Positions 24,901-36,189 are shown, numbered from the stretch's first letter. The stretch is DNA of 64,000 nt from Macrostomum lignano (GCA_002269645.1 NIVC01001911.1:158676-222675), one strand, 5' to 3'. A program made the numbers and translations. Notes: generated from the sequence alone by a model not told the origin.

Positions 24901-25763
24901 AGTCCGACGGTATCTTCGCCTTTCACGGAAGCAGCAGTGAGGCACTGAGACAAATCTGCCACTCGGGATTCGATCCTAAAAGGAGGTCGGGCCAAGCTTA
25001 CGGCCCGGGAGAGTATTTCGGAGTGACTCCCAGCATCTCTGGAGGTTACTCGAGAACTGCGGCGCGATGATCGTCGCTTTTCTCTTGAACGGAGGTCCGA
25101 TTACACACAGACAAGGCTTTTGCTATGTGGTTAAAACCCAACAGACGGCTCAAAGTCTTTTAATTTGCCTGTCTTAGTGGTGTACTTTGACTCATCAACT
25201 CCTCGATTGGACTTCATTAAGCCAGTAGCCAACCAGTCTCAAATATCCAATCATTTGAAAACGACAACTGGCGATCTCCGTTTCGGTGGCACTGGCAGAA
25301 AGATGGCGGCGGATTTGAACCCTACACGGATGAATTTAATCGCTTGCTTGAATCGCAATACGATGCGTACAGAATGCACAGCGGACCGGCGCAGTTCACC
25401 ACACCGCCTATTAGGCGTTACATAGACGACACTCCGCAACCGTACACTGTGAACTTCTCGGCTAACACACAGAGGAACGTGAAAACTGGTTACGTTCGGT
25501 CCATCCAACGCCAACAAGTGGACATCAACGTCAGCGTCAGCACTACTTGGCAGTACCAAAACGAGAACGGCATCTGGCAGCCATTTGAAAGCTTAGTACA
25601 GCGTCAAATTCAGCAGGCATATGTAGCCTACACGAGTGGCTCTGGCAGCTGCAAAGCGAGAGTCCAGTTTCCAGGGCGGCCGGAAACCTACGAGCTGGAC
25701 TTCCTTCAAGGCCAGCAGACCAACTTGCAGAGCGGAACAAAGCGTCCCATTAGAAAAAACTGA
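18981..25763 (+). CDS. Giant intronless multidomain protein (about 2,260 codons after frameshift correction): 2 RRM-like, 14 CCCH-type Zn fingers, DEAH-box helicase, RING-like + IBR, PARP-like ADP-ribosyltransferase, 2 WWE
   Basis: 1673-aa clean ORF with ETGSGKT (about 20883), DEAH (21162), SAT (21261) and QRKGRAGR (21771); continues through -1 shifts into C..C/GH..C/CP.C (24329-24449), IBR (24568-24693), FHGS..GEYFG..CYVV..LPVLVVYF (24921-25190) and two WWE-like units ending at TGA 25763. Confidence 0.85.
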
Positions 25764-26918
25764 CGTTTAATCGTTGAGACTGTAAGTTTTGTGAGTGGTC
25801 AGTTGATTTTAACCGATTTTAATTGCAATCAACCGTGGTGGAGGCGGCAAATTTGTCTTTTGTCGGGTTTTGCTGCACGTGATATTTAATATTTATTCTA
25901 TCATTTTAAGACTGATTATTTATATTATACGGCAGTTCATCTTTTCCCCGTTTTTTCATCAAAACGAGATTTGCAAGTTAAACATCTTTAGACATTTAGA
26001 TCTTTAGACTATAGACAATTTAGACATTTAGACAAATTTCGTTATTCCATTTTAAACACCATTGACAGTTTATATTTAAATGTTTCCATTTAAAGTCTAA
26101 TTTGAATTGAGTTTTGCCTTACTTTTAGCTACATATATAGTCAATCGATTGTGAAACAATGAACTGTCTAAATTGTACTGCCGTTATGGCTGAATTCGAT
26201 GTTTGGCTCGTCTGAATAGGACTGGAAAGGTGTAATAATTAATATATCAACAACACATCCGCTCTATGATTTTCACGTACAAAACGAAGAAAGATAGATA
26301 CTTGTAGCTTTCTCTATGGTCCGCGCATCAATGTATTGATTTTATTGCCGCACGGCATTGACAAACAAATTTGCTCTTCAACAATGCTTCTTTTACCATA
26401 GAAGCGTCCGGCAACGCCCAATTAACATTTGCTGCGAAAAATTTCGTCAATGATGTCGACTTGTACGGCTTTCGTGCAGCAACGACCATAGATCATGTCT
26501 AAATCGTGTCTATAGGTTGTGTCTAGCTCGCTGCTGCACTCAAAAGCCGCGTGCGTCATCTCTACAAGCTCGTGCATTGACGCACTGGCAGACAAACAAT
26601 ATGCACTTGTAACTAGAGCACGATTGGGAGTGCAGCAACAACGCTTAAATTACTATATAGCTATGATGTATATGTATCATTCTATCATCGGCTTCTCATA
26701 ATATTATGCACGTACATAATTAAATTAGATATACTGGTATACAGACCTACTATCTGTAACAGTATTTCTCTTATTTAAGCTGAGCGTCTTCCAGTTCAAC
26801 TCGTCGCTGAGACACGAGCAAACGTCAGCTTTGGTCTCTAGGGACGCTGACGTGAACAATTTTTTTACATGCACCTCATGGTCTATCTGATTCGCTGGAC
26901 TCATTTTTATCTTGTTTT

Positions 26919-27277
26919 GGGTGAGTTTCATAAACGCGAAACTTCACAAACGCGAAACTTCACAACCGCTAAATGTCATCTACTTTCACAACCGCGAAAC
27001 TTCATAACCGCAAAACTTCGCAACCGCTAAAATTTTTGCACTTAATTTCATATACAACAGTCTTTTTAGCGGTTGTGAAGTTTCGCGGTTATGAAGTTGC
27101 GGTTGTGAAAGTAGATGACATTTAGCGGTTGTGAAGTTTCGCGTTTGTGAAGTGTAGCGCTTATGAAAGTGACTGAAATTTTTTTAGCGGTTGTGCAGTT
27201 TCGCGGTTATGAAGTTTTGCGTTTATGAAAGTAGGTGATTTAGCGGTTGTGAAATTTCGCGTTTGTGAAAGCAACCC
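26919..27277. mobile_element. Small foldback MITE with GGG...CCC termini, 8-bp TSD and internal subrepeats (AAACGCGAAACTTCACAACCGC)
   Basis: CTTGTTTT at 26911-26918 and 27278-27285; inverted subrepeat blocks. Confidence 0.75.
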
Positions 27278-27718
27278 CTTGTTTTTTGCACCAACAACAG
27301 ACAATCATAAAAGTTATTTTTAGGTGAAAAGCACAAACCCTGTCTGTGTTCTCTGATTCACTGTCTGGGTCTGGGTTGTCCGAATCTCAGTGTCTGAGTG
27401 CTAGTGTCGCAATCTAGTCTCATTGCTACATGTTCGTCCTGTAACAGCATTGTGCTCATATAATTTTCTGTGTATCGATAAGTGACGGTAACATGTTCAA
27501 ACTAGCTTTAAAGGTAAATTGGGCAAACTTAATATAAACTTAAAAACGTTACAAAATGTGTTTTAACTTTATCTGTCCCCTGTAGCGCATAAAGTCATCG
27601 CAGATTGGATAAGATAATAATTTGTTATAAATACCGTCTACCAGACAAAATTTTTAGGGTGCTGACGCAATTTTTCATTGCTAATTTTAAAAAAATGCTA
27701 CAAGCTTAAGTTTTCGAT

Positions 27719-28014
27719 ATGAAACTAACTGTAGCTCTGTTTTTCTGCATGACAGCGGCAGTTTTACTGCTTCTGCCGTCGGGTCCAACTGCGGCACCTG
27801 TAGCACGGAGGGCCGATGCCAACTCCGATCTGATTCTCCACCGACAACGCCGGCTGGCACCAATACCGGCTATTTTATTTTTTGTTCGAATCGGCACTCA
27901 ATTATACAGATTTAGAAAGCGAAAACAAATGATGGATTTTCTAAAACAAAGCAGCACACGACGGGAGATTTTAAACCTTCCCAAAAACAGCAATAATATC
28001 GTCCAAGTCCCAAA
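27719..28014 (+). CDS. Exon 1 of a secreted prepro-protein (signal peptide, propeptide ending RQRR, cationic segment)
   Basis: MKLTVALFFCMTAAVLLLLPSGPTAA hydrophobic leader; gtaagc donor at 28015 (phase 2); TATAAA at 27626. Confidence 0.7.
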
Positions 28015-28163
28015 GTAAGCTTTATTGTCTTTAAATACTCGTAGTATGCTTTACTATTTTTTAAAATCCTCAAAAATGCTTTTTCAAAACAGTTTCATTA
28101 ATCAGATGATAATTTTTCCCAAAAAGCAAAGTACATGTAAAAAATCATTTTTTTGCTTTTCAG

Positions 28164-28914
28164 CCAAAGCATTGCCAAATTTCTAGCGAAAAGGATGAGC
28201 GCAAAGAAGACATCGAAGCCCGTTCACCACAGGAACCCTAAAAATGGTGATCCTCATTTTCATCCAGTGGACGCAGCTGGAAATAAAATGAGTCCTCACA
28301 TAAGTTATCAAAGCACTGCTCCGAAATCACCGAGTCGCTACCGCCCAGGTGGCCATTCTATAAATCAGTTTAGCATCACTGGTGGTGGTGCAGCTAGTGG
28401 TACCGCTGGATCTAGCAGTAGTGTACTCAGCGGTCACGGTGGACTCGGAGGAAGCAGTAGTGTACTCAGCGGTCACGGTGGACTCGGAGGAGGAAGCAGT
28501 AGTGTACTCAGCGGTCACGGTGGACTCGGAGGAGGAAGCAGTAGTGTACTCAGCGGTCACGGTGGACTCGGAGGAGGAAGCAGTAGTATACTCAGCGGTC
28601 ACGGTGGACTCGGAGGAGGAAGCAGTAGTATACTCAGCGGTCACGGTGGACTCGGAGGAGGAAGCAGTAGTATACTCAGCAGTCACAGTGGACTCGGAGG
28701 AGGAAGCAGTAGTATACTCAGCGGTCACGGTGGACTCGGAGGAGGAAGCAGTAGTATACTCAGCGGTCACGGTGGACTCGGAGGAGGAAGCAGTAGTATA
28801 CTCAGCAGTCACAGTGGATTCGAAGCCAGTGGCAAGTCTGGTGGCAGAGGTTTTCAATTTTCCATCGGAACTAATGGAATCAGTATTTCCTGGGGTTTTA
28901 ATATTGGAAGGTGA
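28164..28914 (+). CDS. Exon 2 of the secreted protein (His-rich motif, about 10 x 14-aa SSSVLSGHGGLGGG repeats, aromatic C-terminus); spliced product 348 aa
   Basis: Polypyrimidine tract + ttcag acceptor at 28163 joins in frame; 42-bp coding repeat at about 28414-28820; AATAAA near 29069. Confidence 0.7.
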
Positions 28915-29366
28915 CGCTGACAAATATTCCAATCAATTCATCATTAAAGCTAACTTAATTTTGATTTTAATAACTAGAGGCTATTTATTATTCTAACTGG
29001 ACTCTGCACTTCTTTTTTATGCCAAAATTAACCCTGCGAAACAGTGAGTTGATTTGATTTGGTAATTAATAAATGAGCGATTACCTTAAAAGCTGTCTGT
29101 TAAAATAAAATTGTTGACTCAAAATTCCAGATTGTAGGTAATGTATAAATCAAAATCCTAATATTCCTTTTCTACGCTCGTATCTGTATTTTTTAAATTT
29201 CCGTTGATTTTCATCAGTTTAAATGAAACCAAGACTAAAAATGAAATGGATTTACTCGCGCTATTAGTTCGCATAATTCAAAACATAATTTTTTTTGAGT
29301 AGGTTTATAATAAACATCATTGTAAAAGAAGATACCTACCAATGAATATACATGTACAGTTGTACA

Positions 29367-29637
<271 letters not shown>

Positions 29638-30304
29638 TTGAAGCTTCAAAAATAGAAAAGAGACTTTCATAATTATTGTTTAAAAGGCAGTCCATTCAGT
29701 ACGACATCATATTTATTCAGGTATATATATTTATACGCAAATAAGCTTAAATGAATCGCTTCACTTCAGGAGTCCCGCTCCAAATCACAAAATTAAGGAA
29801 TGATTTTGACAAACGGTTTACTTACCGCCATGGCAGGTGTTGCAACGCTACCGCTTAATAGAAAATACTATAGAGTACATTTAAAACAAAAATACAGCTT
29901 TTAAAAGTACAACTAAGCATGAATTTTTGTGTAGTAATTTAATATGCCAAATCTACATTAGTTAAGCCTAAATCCGAACATTAACATTACATATAATATA
30001 ATATATAATGATACGGACAGGAATTGTGTCAAATTTGACAAATAATATTTAGCAACTTGCAATGATCGACACTGAAAGAGAGTAAAAAGAGATATTGTCT
30101 ATTCCCAGAGAATACTTGATAGCTATGAATCGAAACTTTTTGATACACACGAAAGTTGTCACAGAAGATGCATTTTCCCTTCCTCAATGACTCGCTTTGT
30201 TATCTGGAAGTTCAATAGCTAAGAAAGAGACAATTCTGTGTTCACCCAATGCGACCGATCATTGTCTTAAAATGAGATTTAGTGCTTGAAAACTATGTGA
30301 ACTC

Positions 30305-30595
30305 TTAGCACTCAACGCCGAACTTGTCAAAGTTGCGCAGAATAACGCTGAGCTCCAGGTGCACCTTGCCGCCGGCGGTCGAGTGCACATTGCGTCGGTC
30401 GTGCAACTCGTAGACGAGGTCGGGTCGTTTCAATTGGATTCCGCCGCCGACAAACTTTGAGCTGACCTCATCCATGAACGAGCCGGTTGGGCGCCAAGTG
30501 ACGCAGTCGATTTTGTGCAGGCCGGGCTGCGACGGCACGTGAGCGAAGCCGTAGCCAACCAATGAGCTGCGCCCGGCCCAGTCGTAGTGGAACAC
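30305..30595 (-). CDS. B9D2: B9 domain-containing protein 2 (MKS transition-zone complex), exon 2
   Basis: VFHYDWAGR..VGYGFAHVPSQPG..WRP.GS..FVGGG..VHLEL.VILRNFDKFGVEC*; cag acceptor; total 175 aa with exon 1. Confidence 0.95.
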   Translation of the reverse strand: MFHYDWAGRSSLVGYGFAHVPSQPGLHKIDCVTWRPTGSFMDEVSSKFVGGGIQLKRPDLVYELHDRRNVHSTAGGKVHLELSVILRNFDKFGVEC

Positions 30596-30669
30596 CTGCG
30601 ATTTTTTAAAATAGATATCGGGTCCGTTCTGTATAAGACGTTTAAATGATATGGCATGTATGGCTAAAG

Positions 30670-30995
30670 CCCCTTGGTGCTGGCGCCCCTGGTGCTGGCG
30701 CCCCTGGTGCTGGCGCCCCTGGTGCTGGCGCCCCTGGTGCTGGCGCCCCTGGTGCTGGCGCCCCTGGTGCTGGCGCCCCTGGTGCTGGCGCCCCTGGTGC
30801 TGGCGCCCCTGGTGCTGGCGCCCCTGGTGCTGGCGCCCCTGGTGCTAAAGCCCCTGGTGCTGGCGCCCCTGGTGCTAAAGCCTCTGTTGCTAAAAGCCCC
30901 TGGTGCTATAGTCTCTGTTGCTAAAAGCCCCTGGTGCTATAGTCTCTGTTGCTAAAAGCCCCTGGTGCTAAAAGACCCTGGTGCTAAAGTCCCTG
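30670..30995. repeat. 15-bp minisatellite (GGTGCTGGCGCCCCT)n in the B9D2 intron
   Basis: Direct reading; degenerates at the right end. Confidence 0.95.
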
Positions 30996-31136
30996 GTCCC
31001 CTCAAGCAGCACAATTCTGCCCATTCCGAAGACTCGCCGTGAGCTAGTACAGTAGTATTCGAATACATCATCATGCACACACGTGGAGGCACGCACTCAT
31101 ACACACGCTCACACAGGATGTACAGCGGTCCTGGCT

Positions 31137-31905
31137 TTCTAATTGTCAGGCATGTACACAGTCTCTCTAATTGTCAGGCATTACACAGTCTCTCTAATTG
31201 TCAGGCATTACACAGTCTCTCTAATTGTCAGGCATGTACACAGTCTCTCTAATTGTCAGGCATTACACAGTCTCTCTAATTGTCAGGCATGTACACAGTC
31301 TCTCTAATTGTCAGGCATGTACACAGTCTTTCTAATTGTCAGGCATTACACAGTCTCTCTAATTGTCAGGCATGTACGCAGTCTCTCTAATTGTCAGGCA
31401 TTACACAGTCTCTCTAATTGTCAGGCATGTACACAGTCTCTCTAATTGTCAGGCATGTACACAGTCTCTCTAATTGTCAGGCATTACACAGTCTCTCTAA
31501 TTGTCAGGCATTACACAGTCTCTCTAATTGTCAGGCATTACACAGTCTCTCTAATTGTCAGGCATTACACAGTCTCTAATTGTCAGGCATTACACAGTCT
31601 CTCTAATTGTCAGGCATTACACAGTCTCTCTAATTGTCAGGCATGTACACAGTCTCTCTAATTGTCAGGCATTACACAGTCTCTAATTGTCAGGCATTAC
31701 ACAGTCTCTCTAATTGTCAGGCATTACACAGTCTCTCTAATTGTCAGGCATGTACACAGTCTCTCTAATTGTCAGGCATGTACACAGTCTCTCTAATTGT
31801 CAGGCGTGTACACAGTCTTTCTAATTGTCAGGCATGTACACAGTCTTTCTAATTGTCAGGCATGTACACAGTCTTTCTAATTGTCAGGCGTGTACACAGT
31901 CTCTC
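31137..31905. repeat. 27/28-bp minisatellite (CTCTCTAATTGTCAGGCAT[G]TACACAGT)n in the B9D2 intron
   Basis: Direct reading. Confidence 0.95.
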
Positions 31906-32066
31906 TGTGTTTTCGGGGGCTCGCCGTCATGAGCGTAAATCGCACGACAATTCCCCAGCAAAGTTTTGTGCTTACAAACCCCAATGAATGTGTGTGTCCA
32001 CGCACGGACTCGAACCATGAGGTGTTGTGGCGCGAGAGAGTCAGATGGTTTTACCGCTGAGCAAAA
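31906..32066 (-). mobile_element. tRNA-derived SINE head and body (Pol III A and B boxes) running into the 27/28-bp array
   Basis: A-box-like TTGCTCAGCGG (32064-32054) and B-box GGTTCGAGTCC (32016-32006), 37 nt apart; I could not fold an intact cloverleaf. Confidence 0.55.
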
Positions 32067-32182
32067 TTTGGATAAAATATCTGATTTAGCCGCTTGCTCT
32101 GAGCTGCTATAGGGGGTTTTGAGTTGCGGCCCTCACAGTGTCAGTGAAAGAGAAAGAGAAACATTGAAAGAGAAATTCTTGC

Positions 32183-32419
32183 CTCAAAATGCAGCTTAGG
32201 CCAGCCCTGCAGTCCGCGAGTAGCGAAATGCAAATCGATGGGATGAGCGAAGTAGGCCATTTCGCCCGAGGCTGGGCAGTCCACCTGAGTCTGGCCGCTC
32301 ACTTCGCCCTCAAGACGTTTCCATGCGGGACCGAAGTGGGCCTCCCACTTGCAGAAGAGATCATTTTCCGGGAACTCGCTGGCACCAACAATCTGCCCGA
32401 TCACGTGAACTTCCGCCAT
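32183..32419 (-). CDS. B9D2: B9D2 exon 1
   Basis: [46 protein letters not shown]; donor is GAG|GCAAGA (GC-AG intron). Confidence 0.95.
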
Positions 32420-34189
32420 GGACTATCGAATACTGCATGAAAAGGAAAATAAAAAATCCTAATATAGAAAATAATTCCCTCTTATTGTATCAAGTAATAA
32501 AACAACTAAACTCACTAAAAATACTAGGTTAAAACATGCTTTATATGGTATAATAGTATGTATTTTAGTGTTAAAGAAAATTTTAAAAACTTAAGCTTGT
32601 GCTTGATTGCTTGAAGTGAGATAAAATTATTATATATTTTAATGAGAAAGTGTTAATCTACTGCTAAAACCTTAGTAATTAAAGTAAGTTTGTTCTAGTA
32701 ACCAAAAATTTTAGTCAAATATAACATTAAAAATTAACATTTTTGCAGCAAATAAATCCAAAAAATGTATCTATTTTTTTGCAAGAAAGTAAAATAAAGT
32801 TCTAAATAAGTAATAAAAGCTATTGGAATATAAATAAAAATAAATTATAAGCCTGCATATTCCTGGTTATTTGATTTTATATTAGTTAATTAAGCTTGTG
32901 TAAGCTTCTAATTGGTCTTTAATGTCACTTTCTATCCACAAGCACAAATACTTCCTAGACCATTGACCAATTATGACAATGCTATATGCTACCAGTAGTT
33001 ATATTTGTGAAAAACCAAAATTTTTGTTAGTGATTGGTCGAGAGAGCAGAATATTTTCTAAAGATATCTTTCAATCAAACCGTATGCTGTGCCATACCAT
33101 ACACCGATATGGTATTGGATACATAAATTTAAAATAACATTCATTTTTCATTTACAAGGCGATAGGCGTAAAAGAGCTATTACAAAATGCTGATGAATTT
33201 TGATATAAGTAAAGTACGTGTTTAGCTATTTACAGTCTATATCGAATAAACGAAGAGCGTTTATAGACTGAAGACGTTTATTGACTATAGGTATTAGATT
33301 GAAACTTATAAAAACGCTTTCCTCTACGTTCATTTCAACGCGAGTTATGATAAAAATTCATGGGCGGAATGCAATTTCAAAATAATTTGTTGCGACTGAA
33401 CACAATATAAAACAAACATTCATTCATCTATACATGTATGACTTATAAGTTATTTTTTAAGGATTTAATTGCTGTTAATTTTTTAAATTTATAAAAATAA
33501 AGATATTATCATAGGGTCACTTATTTTTTACGAAATCAATAATACAAATTAATTCGTTTACCAAATTTATAATGCTGCTGTCATTGCTTGTAATGTTTTC
33601 AACTTTCTGGATAGGAAGAGATGCCTGGTAAAAAATCTAAATATTTAGACAGGTTTTAAAAATAATTAAAAATCAAGGTTGACTTTCTAAAATCTAATGA
33701 ACACCAGAGAAGCATTCACTATTGAACGCAACAAATCTGCTTCGAATAAAAAACTATACTTTTTGTGCCGAAAACGGAAATTACTATATAAAGTAGTGCA
33801 TTTTTCGTGCAAACCCAGCTCCTAAAAATTTTGAAGAATGAATTTTCCTGTACCTATCTGCCATTTGATATTAATAAAGTTTTTCGTTTAAAAGTGGGAT
33901 TCTATGTAACATTTTTCTTCTAGACACTTATACTACGTACATGTACATTCACTGTACCAAAAAGTAATAAAAATGCATGACGCAGCTCGGTTAATTGGTT
34001 TATGAATCTATTTTATCATTTTCTGTTGCTCATATTTATTGTGACAGAGCCAGTTAAGACTGATAAAATAGATTGATAAAACCAATGAGCCGAGCCGTGT
34101 CATTTTAATGTTTTTTAAGCACATGATATGAATTGTAAGTAGATTCGTAGAATAAAAAAAATTACATATTAAAATATGAACATTGGGTC

Positions 34190-34335
34190 TGGCTTCTATC
34201 GTAAGCAATAACAATTTTTGTGCTGAAAAAATGGAAACTTCCTATCTCCGTAATGTACTTTTTCGTAGCAATAACCTGTCACCTAAAAGTTTCTAAGAAA
34301 CGAGGTTTCCCGCCCTACACTTGAGTAGTCCTTGG
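34190..34335. mobile_element. Partial diverged copy of the right arm of the 7894-8398 MITE
   Basis: Shared string AAGCAATAAC.ATTTTTGTGC.GAAAAAA..AAACTTC.TATCTCCGTA...AGAAACGAGGTTTCCC. Confidence 0.65.
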
Positions 34336-36189
34336 TCTCAATATGTTGCGGCCGCAGTTTAACACATAAAGCTCAAACGTGACGCCATATCGACCTACAT
34401 GTAACTGTAACAACTTGTGCCATAGACAGAGTAGATTGTAGTAGTCCGATGGAGGCTACAACAGATTTATATTCACATGTGTCCGAAATGAATGTGCCAT
34501 AAAATCTATGCGTAAATATATTTCGCTACATTGTGATAGCGTGTCAGCTAGATCTTACATTTAAAGCTCTTCATCATCACTATCTAAGTCTGTTACCGTG
34601 ACCGCAAACCATTGTTTTGATACGAGTAATGATTTCGTGACACAGAAAAAAGATACAATTTAACCAGACAATTGACTGCTTTAGCTGCAGCTGCGTTCGT
34701 GTCTGTCTGGTCTAACTAAAACAAAATCTAAGCTAAATGCAGTATTGTAGAGATTCTTAAGATGCGTAGCCCCTCACCTGAGCATTGCTGATTAGGGATT
34801 AGACTGCATGTCAGGAAAAAGAATGCTCAAAACGAAAGGGGGTAAGGGTTAATTAAAAGCTAGTGCTTCCGCAGACTCAGGAAAATGGGGGTTCAAAGAA
34901 GCTTAAATACCCGAGCTCAGAATTCTTTGTCTTCTATAATTCTGTCAGTTCTTCAGCTCACGGCGCTCCCCTGCTGTGTCCTTGATATCCCAACCGCAGC
35001 GCAAAGTTCCTTTTCGAAAATCTATGAATACAGACTTCTACACGATCGAGCACTGAATGCAAGATTAGCGAAAGCCTGCACTTTAGGCCAATAAATAACC
35101 CCAGGTAAATCTCGATAAGATAGGATAACATGGCCGAAACCGAGGTAGAAGTATTGCTCACAGGCTGACTTTAATTGTACAAAGAGAGCATGTCTATGGT
35201 CAAAACCCAGCTCTGGCTAACACTGTGTGCTATGGGCTGTCTGAGATTGGTTGTCTATGGCCAAGCCTCATTCGGCGCACTGCGAAAATAGCAAATCTCT
35301 GCAAAATCCCTTTAGAAAACACAGCTGTATTTTGGTTGAGCCTCCACAGTTTTAAAACTTTTTCTTCACAAGCTTGTAAAGTTTTGTCTATTCGTGCCTG
35401 TATAGCAAAATTTGCAAGATCTGCAAATGTACTCGTAGCGTTCCTTTTACTTGAAATGTCCATGTTGAACATGCAAAATCAGACTACTAAATATACAACT
35501 GCATTTTCGAGGACCCCACTAACGCAGTTATCAATATTCACTTCAATTTTTTAGTCTAGTCCTCAAAATTGTTAAAGTACCTTATTTACATCCTTACTGT
35601 AACCTCCCAGAATCCTGTCCCTCATCCATCTCATACAAATTTCTGGCATTGTTATTGACGCAAAATAGAATGCCTTTAAACAATAACAAAAACTACCCGG
35701 AGCAGCGACTGCAAGCTTATCTGCTTGATTTCACATGGTGGATGTGAAGTACGCCTGCTAGACCGCGCGCCCTGTCTTTCAAGTCTTATCTTCGGAGCAC
35801 ATCAGATCAACTCCCCATAATTAGCTAGCTAGTGCATCTGCTCAGCGCGGCAGTGACGGATTCCTCAATGACGTCAGCAGCGAATAACTGGAATAAACAT
35901 GCGCAAACTAAATGACCTCTCAGTGCAGTCCCCGCTGCTGTCTCTCGCCCTTTTCATTACGCACTGCAAATTAACGCAGCAAAGTTTTCTAAACAACACT
36001 CGACAGACGTCATCCCGAGTCAGAAATTTGCATTCGTGTATTTATAGAAATACTTCTTGTTCAGCTCGTTGCACAGAGGCAGGTTGAGTTAGAAGTCGTC
36101 TTCTAGTGAAAGAAAGTCTTCTTTTGTAGATTAACGAAGCCAATATTCAATGTGGATTCTGCTGAGATGCCAATTGAATCAAAGATGAG

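Noticed and set aside
28327-28996. Alternative-frame ORFs (TAEYTTASSSES repeats; AVTVDSEEE repeats)
   Set aside because: They overlap the 42-bp coding repeat; only the Gly/Ser frame splices in phase to the signal-peptide exon
30646-30955. Collagen/elastin-like (GAPGA)n ORF
   Set aside because: Lies antisense within the B9D2 intron and is just the 15-bp array; no signal peptide or splice support
31990-32066. Functional tRNA gene
   Set aside because: A and B boxes are present but I could not form acceptor and anticodon stems; better explained as a SINE head
34958-35472. Possible decayed LINE RT remnant on the minus strand (FADLA..LWRLNQ)
   Set aside because: Resemblance is limited to a few residues; needs a profile search
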